Source: Lentilitoribacter sp. (GTDB lineage: Bacteria > Pseudomonadota > Alphaproteobacteria > Rhizobiales > Rhizobiaceae). Taken from it: a stretch of DNA of 64,000 nt. Where the stretch lies: positions 795,254-859,253 of the forward strand of contig OY829371.1 in the NCBI GenBank assembly GCA_963691785.1. Direction: 5' to 3'. How positions within the stretch are numbered: the first letter of the stretch is position 1; every line of letters starts with the position of its first letter. The notes below the pieces were generated by a model. It saw nothing but the letters and a program-made list of their open reading frames with translations, did no database searches and was not told the origin of the DNA. The position numbers and the translations under genes are program-made. Shown one piece after another: positions 27,759 through 35,721 of this stretch.

Positions 27759-29060
27759 TTACCCACCAGACTTATGCACCACAAGCTGTAATTGGTCTCC
27801 GATCGATTGTGACGTCGGTCCATTATAAAGATCAAAAGGCAGCTCTAGATATGTCCAGGTTTCGATCAATGCAGATGTTAAAGCCTGAATGTGGTCTTCT
27901 GTGTGCAATGGTGATGGTGTGATGCGCAGGCGCTCGGTTCCACGCGGCACAGTCGGATAATTGATGGGTTGGATATAGATATTATGGACCTGCATCAGCC
28001 TGTCAGAGGCTTGTTTGCATAGATCCGCATCCCCAACCCAGAGCGGGATAATATGCGTGTCAGACGGCATAAGCGGCAGCTCAGCGTCGTGGAGCGCCTG
28101 TTTTGTTTGTAACACGCGCAATTGCTGCTGCTCGCGCTCGAACGAAGAAGATTTTAAATGCTGAATGGAAGCAATTGCTGCACTGGCGATCGCAGGTGGC
28201 AAGGCTTTTGTGAAAATAAAACCCGGCGCATAGGACCGTACACAGTCAATGATATTTTTTGACCCTGCGATGTACCCACCTAACACTCCAAAGGCTTTTG
28301 CAAGTGTTCCCTCAATAATATCGATGCGATGCGCGAGGCCTTCGCGCTCAGTGATGCCTCCACCATGATCACCATACATGCCCACAGCGTGAACTTCATC
28401 AATATAGGTAATGGCGTTGTATTGATCTGCAAGATCGGCAATGTCCTTGATCGGGGCTACATCACCATCCATGGAATAGACGGATTCAAAGGCAATGATT
28501 TTGGGTCTGTCTAAGTCTTCTGCTGCCAAAATTTTTTCAAGATGTTCCAGATCGTTGTGGCGGAAGATTTTCTTAGCGCAACCTGACTGGCGTATCCCTT
28601 CAATCATGGAAGCATGATTAAACTCATCGGAGATGATTAAACAATTGGGTAGCAACTTTGGCAGTGTGGAAAGTGTCGCCTGGTTAGAAACAAATCCGGA
28701 TGTGAATACCAGGGCAGCTTCCTTGTTGTGAAGATCAGCGAGTTCCTTTTCAAGCGCTACAATTGGATGTGATGTGCCTGAAATATTCCGTGTACCGCCT
28801 GCTCCGGTGCCGATGCTAGACGCAGAATTTGACATTGCCTTTATCACATTTTCATGCTGCCCCATACCGAGATAATCGTTCGAACACCAAATCGTGACTT
28901 CTTTTGCTGTATCTTTGCCATTGTCTTTGGTGTCATCGTGCGTGCGATAAATGGCTTTTGGAAACGAACCAACAATCCGCTCCAGATCTGCGAAAACACG
29001 ATAGCGATTTTCATCACGGAGTTGATCAATTGCATTTTCAAAATAATGCTGATGTTTCAT
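27759..29060 (-). CDS. hemA: 5-aminolevulinate synthase (C4 pathway)
   Basis: [55 protein letters not shown]. Confidence 0.95.
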   Translation of the reverse strand: MKHQHYFENAIDQLRDENRYRVFADLERIVGSFPKAIYRTHDDTKDNGKDTAKEVTIWCSNDYLGMGQHENVIKAMSNSASSIGTGAGGTRNISGTSHPIVALEKELADLHNKEAALVFTSGFVSNQATLSTLPKLLPNCLIISDEFNHASMIEGIRQSGCAKKIFRHNDLEHLEKILAAEDLDRPKIIAFESVYSMDGDVAPIKDIADLADQYNAITYIDEVHAVGMYGDHGGGITEREGLAHRIDIIEGTLAKAFGVLGGYIAGSKNIIDCVRSYAPGFIFTKALPPAIASAAIASIQHLKSSSFEREQQQLRVLQTKQALHDAELPLMPSDTHIIPLWVGDADLCKQASDRLMQVHNIYIQPINYPTVPRGTERLRITPSPLHTEDHIQALTSALIETWTYLELPFDLYNGPTSQSIGDQLQLVVHKSGG

Positions 29061-29130
29061 AGAATTTGATCCTTAGATTGTTAGTTTGTACTCACGTTTC
29101 CAAAAGCAGTTTTGGGCGAAAGGAGAGGGA

Positions 29131-29580
29131 TCACCCAAAAATTTTGGAAAAGAAGCCCTTTTTTGGAGGTTCTACAGTCGCGGCTGCGCTTTTCATAGCA
29201 CCAGCAACCAGTCCATATGTTTCAAGCCAGGCGTCTTTAACGTCAGGCGTGAATTCCTCGCCCAAACCCTTGTCGAGTGTGTAAATCAGCGCTTCACCAA
29301 CTGTGTCATAATGCTCGTCTTTAACGCCATATCCGACATGCTTTTTCGCCAGGTCCTGAATGGTCGGCAGGATTGTTTCCACCTGGTGCAAATTATTCAC
29401 GGCAACACCCAAAGTCTGCATCAATTTTGTTTTTTGATCTTTCATTTCCGCCGGAAACATAGAGCGTACGGAAGGCGCGATTTCAAACAGGCGGTCGTAA
29501 AAAATATCGGCAGCAGTTTCCGCAATGGGTTCAACTTTTGAAAAACTACCTTGAACCAGTTTAATTTGTTCTGGGGTCAT
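29131..29580 (-). CDS. single-domain (flavohaemoglobin-type) globin
   Basis: FYDRLFEIAP (TyrB10), DQKTKL (GlnE7), KKHVGYGV (HisF8), HYDTVGEAL; C-terminal KKGFFSKIFG. Confidence 0.92.
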   Translation of the reverse strand: MTPEQIKLVQGSFSKVEPIAETAADIFYDRLFEIAPSVRSMFPAEMKDQKTKLMQTLGVAVNNLHQVETILPTIQDLAKKHVGYGVKDEHYDTVGEALIYTLDKGLGEEFTPDVKDAWLETYGLVAGAMKSAAATVEPPKKGFFSKIFG

Positions 29581-29599
29581 TGATTTTCCTTTCTATTAA

Positions 29600-30064
29600 T
29601 CAATTTAAGTTTTGTGTGGCTGCCTCCTGGCCCCCACTGTGGTAGATCATGAAGCGAACGGCGGATTCCACTTCAATATCGGTTAGCTCATCATTGCCGC
29701 CGCGTGCGGGCATATTGCCGCCAGATGGGCTTAAGAAACCGTTTTGAGCATTGGCCACGAGAACCTCCAATCCCTTTTCAATTCGTGGTGCCCAAAATTT
29801 GGATCCAGTAATTTTCGGGGCGCCGAAATTTCCGGTTCCATGACAAATTTTGCAATTTTGATCCCAAACCTGCGCCCCTTCTTCAATAAGGGTGAATTCG
29901 GTTTTGGGGAGACGCTCGATTTTAACGAGGCGTTTTAATCCACGCTCTGGATAAGGCGGATATTCCACCTTAATTTCATCAGCGATGGTTCCATGGGTGA
30001 GCAAAAACCCACCCATGACAAAGACACCGCCAACAAATTTTTGAAATTTTGTCAGCTGTTTCAT
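29600..30064 (-). CDS. cytochrome c5-family monohaem protein
   Basis: Signal peptide, CKICH, GAPK, W..RIEKG, NMPARGG (axial Met); start MKQLT at 30064. Confidence 0.88.
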   Translation of the reverse strand: MKQLTKFQKFVGGVFVMGGFLLTHGTIADEIKVEYPPYPERGLKRLVKIERLPKTEFTLIEEGAQVWDQNCKICHGTGNFGAPKITGSKFWAPRIEKGLEVLVANAQNGFLSPSGGNMPARGGNDELTDIEVESAVRFMIYHSGGQEAATQNLN

Positions 30065-30068
30065 GGTG

Positions 30069-30638
30069 TTAGCCTTCCAATGGAATTCGGATAACAACGC
30101 CACCCATAACATCGCCAACTTTAAAGTCAGTCCGCGGGCTGTCTTTATGCTCGTTGTGACAAGTTGCGCAAACCTCAGCAACAGCCACATCGGCATAAAC
30201 GGCAGTGAAATATTTCAGATCATCAATGACTTCTTCACCGTAGAAATTTTCGCCAATATTATCGGCAACAAATTTCAAACCTTCTTTTTCAAGCTCGGTT
30301 TGGTTTTCCGCATTTGGCTTGTTAATCGGCCAAAGTGACTGCAAAGAATATTCAAAAAGGTCGGTGCGATCAGCCACAGCTTCTGCACCCATGCGGAACA
30401 TTTGAGCAGGGAGTGGTGCTGAAATATCATCTTCAAAATTCTCAGTCGCCTTGATCAATTTATGTTCAGCGACCAGACGGCCAACGATCATTTTCGTGTA
30501 GATTGTGCGGTCAGAATCCATCACTGCATGCAGCATGTCGGTGACGTCTGCGGGGTCAATGCCGTCGGCATTTGTTGTCGAAACTGGTATGGCGGCAAGC
30601 AGGGCGCCTGCAACCAGCATATTGATTATTTTCGACAT
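30069..30638 (-). CDS. secreted DUF3365 (Tll0287-like) haem c protein
   Basis: Signal peptide, PLPAQMFR, SLWPINKPN, CATCH, FKVGDVMGGVVIRIP. Confidence 0.8.
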   Translation of the reverse strand: MSKIINMLVAGALLAAIPVSTTNADGIDPADVTDMLHAVMDSDRTIYTKMIVGRLVAEHKLIKATENFEDDISAPLPAQMFRMGAEAVADRTDLFEYSLQSLWPINKPNAENQTELEKEGLKFVADNIGENFYGEEVIDDLKYFTAVYADVAVAEVCATCHNEHKDSPRTDFKVGDVMGGVVIRIPLEG

Positions 30639-30677
30639 GAGTATTATCTCCTTTGTGTTGCTTAAACGTGCAATAAA

Positions 30678-30722
30678 GCGAGGGATAGGATTTAGTGGGC
30701 CTAATCACGTCCTATTCCTCGC
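30678..30722 (-). other. intra-operon hairpin at the end of the multihaem gene
   Basis: GCGAGG-GATAGGA...TCCTATT-CCTCGC inverted repeat; weak U-tract on the minus strand. Confidence 0.45.
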
Positions 30723-32283
30723 GTCTCAATGCCCAATCGATGCTTTCAATATGCTTCGATGGACGCCCATTGAAATTATTTTCAACGAGTTCTGGGTCTG
30801 CCAGGGCATCAATGGAAAATCCTAACCCATGACATGACATACAAACCGGCCGGATCATTTTTTCGTTTGGCCGTAAAAAGTCGTTTTGATTGTGCGAAGT
30901 GAAGAAGCTGTCGCCAGCTTTAATTTTTGGCATATGGCAATCTGCGCAACTCACACCTGATCCTGGGGCGCCATCACCTGCAAGTTCCAACTGCCAAAGT
31001 TCAAAATGCCGCGAGTTAAAATAATTCTGCGTATGCGCATCATTATGACACGATGTGCAAGCTTCCACGGCAGCCACTTCAAGCTTGACGTCATGTGGTT
31101 TATGGCAGGTGTTGCAATTGCCAATTTCCATGTCATGCACATCCGGCTTCATCAAATCTTTGCGCGATGTTTGCCCCACGCTTGTGGGTCCCAATGGCGT
31201 ATCTTTGAACACATGCACCGCGACAGACATTGGGCCGTCAGCCTCAACGGTACGTGGCTTGGCGATCTCTGGGTGAAAACGCATACCATGCTTGCCCATT
31301 GTAAAGGTCTTGGCTTGGTTTTCATGGCAATCAGAACAAACGGCAAGCCCCGGTTTTTCGATCCAATTTTCTTCTAAAAGAACCAGATCAGTCATGTCTT
31401 TATAGTCTGGCGCGTGACAAGCCGCACAATTCAAACCGGCGCCAGCATGCGCTGATGTTTCCCATGCGGTGATAGCTTCCTCATCATGATATTGTTCGGG
31501 TGCGATCACATCTTTTGCATATAGAACAAGATCGAGCATCTCTTTCGCTTTCGCGCGATTATCAGGTTTTACCCCATCTTGCTCGGCGTTTTGGGTGTCG
31601 CGATCGTTCAAATATGATTCAAGTGCGGTGATCGGATCATCTTCGACCAAGGCGGTGCGGATGATCGGCGGTGTACGGCTCATTGCGGCAAATTCTTGAA
31701 TGGCATCGGGGAGAAAATCTTCACCATGGCCATGCTTGACTAAAAACGCTTCATAAAGCGCGGTATTGTCATGGTAGTTGTGGCAGCCAGCAGAGGCGCA
31801 TGTTGTAAACTCCAACCCGGCATGGCTTTCGCGTTCTTCACCAATTTTCGTGTGGCATGCAACGCAAAGATCCTGCGGCAAAGACACAGCCATGGGTCGG
31901 GTAATTTCCGGCACGTGTTCGGCATGGCAAGTTTGGCAGTAAAATGCATTTAATTGCGCACGTGTTTTGGCTTTTTTGGCACCTCTGAATTTTTTAGTCG
32001 GGTGGGAATCGTTTGCTGCGCTGAGCTCTTCAAGATGGCAGGTGCCGCATGCCTTGGTCATAGCCGCTGCAAGTTTTTTCGGGCTCTTAGTCAGATTGTC
32101 GATAAGCCCGGTTGTGTGGCAGCTTTCGCATGCCAGCTCAATTTGCCCGTGGGCTGCTGTTGTTTTCCCAATCAATAAAAGATGCCGTGGGCCACCAACA
32201 AAAACAACACCCATTATGATCATAATGCCCATGAGCGATAAGATGGTCCATAAAACCCAGAGCATATGATTTCGTTTAATCAA
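30712..32283 (-). CDS. membrane-anchored 11-haem cytochrome c
   Basis: Ten CxxCH (CESCH, CGTCH, CQTCH, CVACH, CAACH, CSDCH, CNTCH, CTSCH, CADCH, CMSCH) plus one CX4CH (CASAGCH); N-terminal TM; probable TTG start at 32283. Confidence 0.92.
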   Translation of the reverse strand: MIKRNHMLWVLWTILSLMGIMIIMGVVFVGGPRHLLLIGKTTAAHGQIELACESCHTTGLIDNLTKSPKKLAAAMTKACGTCHLEELSAANDSHPTKKFRGAKKAKTRAQLNAFYCQTCHAEHVPEITRPMAVSLPQDLCVACHTKIGEERESHAGLEFTTCASAGCHNYHDNTALYEAFLVKHGHGEDFLPDAIQEFAAMSRTPPIIRTALVEDDPITALESYLNDRDTQNAEQDGVKPDNRAKAKEMLDLVLYAKDVIAPEQYHDEEAITAWETSAHAGAGLNCAACHAPDYKDMTDLVLLEENWIEKPGLAVCSDCHENQAKTFTMGKHGMRFHPEIAKPRTVEADGPMSVAVHVFKDTPLGPTSVGQTSRKDLMKPDVHDMEIGNCNTCHKPHDVKLEVAAVEACTSCHNDAHTQNYFNSRHFELWQLELAGDGAPGSGVSCADCHMPKIKAGDSFFTSHNQNDFLRPNEKMIRPVCMSCHGLGFSIDALADPELVENNFNGRPSKHIESIDWALRREE

Positions 32284-32293
32284 ATCCCGTCCC

Positions 32294-34303
32294 CTAATAC
32301 ATATAAACAACGAGAACATGGATCGCGATCAGTACCGGCAAAGGCCATACCGCGATGATGTGTACCCACATTGGAAAGGTGCGCGGCTTGGCATTATTGG
32401 CGCTGAAACCACGCTCCTTTAATTCGTGTTCACCTCCTGTGATGAGACCAGCGATCGCGCCAAAAATGAGCGTAATGACGAAACTTAGCATCAAGAGGAG
32501 ATTAAAATTGCTGCCAAGTCGAAATCCGGTGTGCCAGACCAGGACGAGAGCGGCAGCAAAACCAATGATTAAATGTATAAGGCGCCAGGCTTGGTAACTG
32601 CCCAATTTGGATAAAAAACCAATTCGCTTTCGAAGCCCAATAATAGCCGCCGCGACAGATAGGCCGAGTAAGGTGTAGCCTGAATATTGCTTCCATATGG
32701 TGTCAAACCAAAGATCAAACCAAAAATCGTCCACGATGTAAGTGTCGGCCATGCCGATCCGTGGAAGCAACAAAGTAGCAAGGGCAGCCAAAGCACCAAG
32801 ACCGGATATGATGAGAAGCGCCTTCCACCATTTCACAGGTTCGGGTTTCATATCTCCTTGACCCAAAAGCTCATTGATCAATGGTCCGCAAGAGCCGCAA
32901 ACACTGTTGGCGCTTGTGGCTGAGCGGACATCATCGAGATTGGAAGCACCCAAGGTTATCGCATCGGAAATCGCGCCTTTCGTCACGCCAGTGCAATTGC
33001 AGATAATCGCTTCTTTGGGCCAGGTGGCAACGCTGTCATCTGCACCTTTCCACAATTGTCCAGAGCGTTGGAACGACCATATCTGCCAGGGCCAAACTGA
33101 AATTTTATCTCCAACGGCTTGCTGTAATTTTGTCGCTTCGGGCCAATCTCCGACACCTAAAGCTGCGACTAATTTTCCGCGCGAGACCAAAAGCCGACGA
33201 TAAACATCTGTCTCAATATCTCGATAGGTATAGCTTTTTATCCCGGGTTGTTGTTCGATGGATTCAAAATCGCCAATCGAGAACACATCAGCGCCGACCA
33301 CTTTTAATTTCGTGGTTGGTGTTGAACCTAAATAGATATTGCTCTCATCACCATTGATATCGGCAACAGCAATGTTTGTTTGCTCATAGCCCGGTCCAAC
33401 CAAGCCATAGACATGTTCATTGTGTTCAGCGCATTCACCGATCGCGTAAATATCGGGATCGGATGTGCACATTTGGTCATTGACGATGACACCGCGATTA
33501 TGCGCCAAACCAATCGCGGCAGGCAGCTGTGTATTGGCGCGAACGCCAGTACAAACAATCACAGTATCGGCTTTGATGGTATCACCATTTCCAAGTGTAA
33601 TAATTTCTGCGCGGGTATCGCCGTCAATTGATTGGACACGTTGGTTTACAACGACATCAATACCAATAGCCTCAATGCGGTCTTTTAATGTATTGCCAGC
33701 CGCTAAATCGAGTTGTCTTGGCATCAAACGATTTTCGTGTTCGACGACAGTGACCTTTGCGCCACGTTTGGCCATGCCTCTGGCAGCCTCGAGGCCAAGC
33801 AGTCCTCCGCCGATAACAACAACATTCCGGGCCGACATGGATCGGGCAATTAGAGCCTCGACATCATCAAAATTTCGGAACGAAAAAACACCTGATAGCT
33901 TCGAACCCTCAATATTGGGAATGAAGGCACGAGACCCAAGCGCGAAAATCAGTTTTGAATAGAAATATGTTCGACCGTTTGACGCTAGAACCTGCTTATT
34001 CTCTCGATCGATATCGATCGCCGACACACCATCATAACGATTGATTTTCCCTGGGCGAGGCGCATATTCGCTGGCATATATTTGCCCAAGCTGCGTCTCG
34101 CCGGCGAGAAGTGGGGTCAGTTTCACACGATTATAAGGACGCCAGCGTTCGGCATTTAACAGAATGACGTGGAACCCACTCCGCGACAATTCCTGCGCAG
34201 CACGCGTTCCTATAGGACCGCCACCGATAATAACGATGACGTTCTGATTGGCGACCGCAGTTTCGGCTTCTTCATCGAAGCCAATTTTCGTCGAGACATT
34301 CAT
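32294..34303 (-). CDS. NirB-N-terminus-like NAD(P)H/FAD oxidoreductase + BFD-like [2Fe-2S] + C-terminal di-haem b membrane domain fusion
   Basis: IIGGGPIG (FAD), VIGGGLLGLE (NAD), CNC...CGSC, then about 5 TM segments with two H-x13-H motifs; no sirohaem/4Fe-4S domain. Confidence 0.88.
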   Translation of the reverse strand: MNVSTKIGFDEEAETAVANQNVIVIIGGGPIGTRAAQELSRSGFHVILLNAERWRPYNRVKLTPLLAGETQLGQIYASEYAPRPGKINRYDGVSAIDIDRENKQVLASNGRTYFYSKLIFALGSRAFIPNIEGSKLSGVFSFRNFDDVEALIARSMSARNVVVIGGGLLGLEAARGMAKRGAKVTVVEHENRLMPRQLDLAAGNTLKDRIEAIGIDVVVNQRVQSIDGDTRAEIITLGNGDTIKADTVIVCTGVRANTQLPAAIGLAHNRGVIVNDQMCTSDPDIYAIGECAEHNEHVYGLVGPGYEQTNIAVADINGDESNIYLGSTPTTKLKVVGADVFSIGDFESIEQQPGIKSYTYRDIETDVYRRLLVSRGKLVAALGVGDWPEATKLQQAVGDKISVWPWQIWSFQRSGQLWKGADDSVATWPKEAIICNCTGVTKGAISDAITLGASNLDDVRSATSANSVCGSCGPLINELLGQGDMKPEPVKWWKALLIISGLGALAALATLLLPRIGMADTYIVDDFWFDLWFDTIWKQYSGYTLLGLSVAAAIIGLRKRIGFLSKLGSYQAWRLIHLIIGFAAALVLVWHTGFRLGSNFNLLLMLSFVITLIFGAIAGLITGGEHELKERGFSANNAKPRTFPMWVHIIAVWPLPVLIAIHVLVVYMY

Positions 34304-34328
34304 AAATTAACTCGCAAGAAATGTCGTC

Positions 34329-34379
34329 AAAAGAAAAAACGCCATATACGCAAATGTGATCACATTTGCGTATATGGCG
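34329..34379 (-). terminator. leader attenuator terminator
   Basis: Perfect 40-bp palindrome 34340-34379 followed on the minus strand by UUUUUUCUUUU, 37 nt before the ATG. Confidence 0.88.
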
Positions 34380-34407
34380 CCATTGCCCGAATGCCCTTCA
34401 TTGGGCA
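34376..34407 (-). promoter_or_regulatory. ANTAR dual-hexaloop antiterminator RNA motif
   Basis: P1 UGCCC-AAUGAA-GGGCA and P2 GGC-AAUGGC-GCC; both loops have A1/G4 and C-G closing pairs; P2 overlaps the terminator 5' arm. Confidence 0.85.
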
Positions 34408-34417
34408 GAACAAACTA

Positions 34418-34434
34418 TGCAAGTAGTGTGCCAA
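34418..34434 (-). promoter_or_regulatory. sigma-54 (-24/-12) promoter
   Basis: Minus strand TTGGCACACTACTTGCA matches TGGCAC-N5-TTGCW with correct GG-N10-GC spacing, just upstream of the ANTAR motif. Confidence 0.9.
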
Positions 34435-34516
34435 ACGAATTAAAGTAATAAAAACAATACAATCAAAGATTTTCTCAGAATGTAAATACAGGCTGAAAGT
34501 TTAAATTTTAGGGCTT

Positions 34517-34533
34517 TGCTCAATGTATGTGCA
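34517..34533. promoter_or_regulatory. NtrC-like enhancer site
   Basis: TGCTC-N7-GTGCA (one mismatch to TGCAC-N7-GTGCA) about 100 bp upstream of the sigma-54 promoter; adjacent TGCAC half-site at 34535. Confidence 0.65.
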
Positions 34534-34794
34534 GTGCACAATTTTAATCATCTTGGCAGATGAAAGTGATATGTTCAAATTAATGGCGCTGAACATAAAA
34601 GGCCTTTGTATTTGGACACCGATGAACTACGGGATAGATCAAACGTTAGGAAAATATTGCTCTAAATCGGTTTGGCTCACAAGATCTGGACCGCGCAGTT
34701 CGGACCAGATTAGCCTTACCGGTAATCAAAGTTAGAGCATTGTTTGCCCATAAGAATTGAGCTTACGAAAAGTGACTAAATTTAAATCGGTTCT

Positions 34795-35721
34795 TTAAAG
34801 CTCATGTGACCATGGCGGATTTGCACCGGATCTGGATACAGTTACAGCCGCCACTTTTGAGGCAAATTCCATGGCTTGTTTAAGCGGTTTTTCATCTATG
34901 TTTTTCAACGCGGACTTGGATAATAGATCCAGTTCTGAAAGCTTAGCCAATAGACCGCCATTAAAGCTGTCGCCAGCGCCAACAGTATCGGCAACAACAA
35001 CTTTATTAATCGCAATATCAATCGAGCTACCATCGCCATAATAGCCAGTGGAACCGTCTTCGCCTTTTGTCAGCACCACTAAGGACACGCCAAATTGAAG
35101 TAACTGATTGGCGGCTGCTTCAAGTGAAGCAGCATCCGGATAGATCCATTTGAGATCTTCATCCGAAATTTTTACAATATCACAAATGCCAAAGAGCTTT
35201 TCCAAGCGTTTGCGGTATTTGGTTTCGTCTGAAATGAAAGTCGTCCGTATATTCGGATCAAGCATGACCACAGAATTTGCTGACACTTTTTCAGCCAGTG
35301 CTGCATAACTCTCACCAGATGGTTCGCTTGCTAGGCTTATACCACCGAAGTAATAGGCCGCAATTGCTTCATCATTTGCGTGAAAATCATCAAATTGAAC
35401 CATCCGGCCGGCAGAGTTTTCGTCAAAGAAAGAATAGGACGCGTGTCCATCTTTCAGCTCAACAAAAGCCAGCGTCGTTGGGCGCTCGCTTTTCACCAAC
35501 TGAGATGTGTTGACATTGCTGGCAATTAGATCTCGTTCAAGCTGCTGCCCAAACATATCTTTGGATACGCCAGAGACCAAGGATACGTCTGCCCCCAGTC
35601 TCCCAAGCGTGATTGCGGTGTTAAAGATGGCCCCACCGGAATGGGGCACAAACGCTGTCTGGTCATCATCAATGCCAATAGCAATCATGTCGACCAGAGC
35701 TTCGCCACAGCAGATGATCAT
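34795..35721 (-). CDS. PfkB-family carbohydrate kinase (fructokinase-like)
   Basis: CGEALVD, GGAIFN, LDPNIR, DTVGAGDSF. Confidence 0.9.
   Translation of the reverse strand: MIICCGEALVDMIAIGIDDDQTAFVPHSGGAIFNTAITLGRLGADVSLVSGVSKDMFGQQLERDLIASNVNTSQLVKSERPTTLAFVELKDGHASYSFFDENSAGRMVQFDDFHANDEAIAAYYFGGISLASEPSGESYAALAEKVSANSVVMLDPNIRTTFISDETKYRKRLEKLFGICDIVKISDEDLKWIYPDAASLEAAANQLLQFGVSLVVLTKGEDGSTGYYGDGSSIDIAINKVVVADTVGAGDSFNGGLLAKLSELDLLSKSALKNIDEKPLKQAMEFASKVAAVTVSRSGANPPWSHEL

Noticed and set aside
30712-32283. Calling the multihaem protein NrfA
   Set aside because: No CxxCK active-site motif, and 11 rather than 5 haem motifs; only the CADCHMP-like segment is reminiscent
32294-34303. Calling this gene nirB (assimilatory nitrite reductase large subunit)
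   Set aside because: Only the flavin and one BFD domain are shared. The sirohaem/4Fe-4S catalytic domain is absent and replaced by TM helices, and no nirD is adjacent.
34340-34379. CRP/FNR site inside the 40-bp palindrome (AAATGTGA-TCACATTT)
   Set aside because: The half-sites have no 6-bp spacer, the element lies downstream of the predicted TSS, and a U-tract follows, so a terminator fits better
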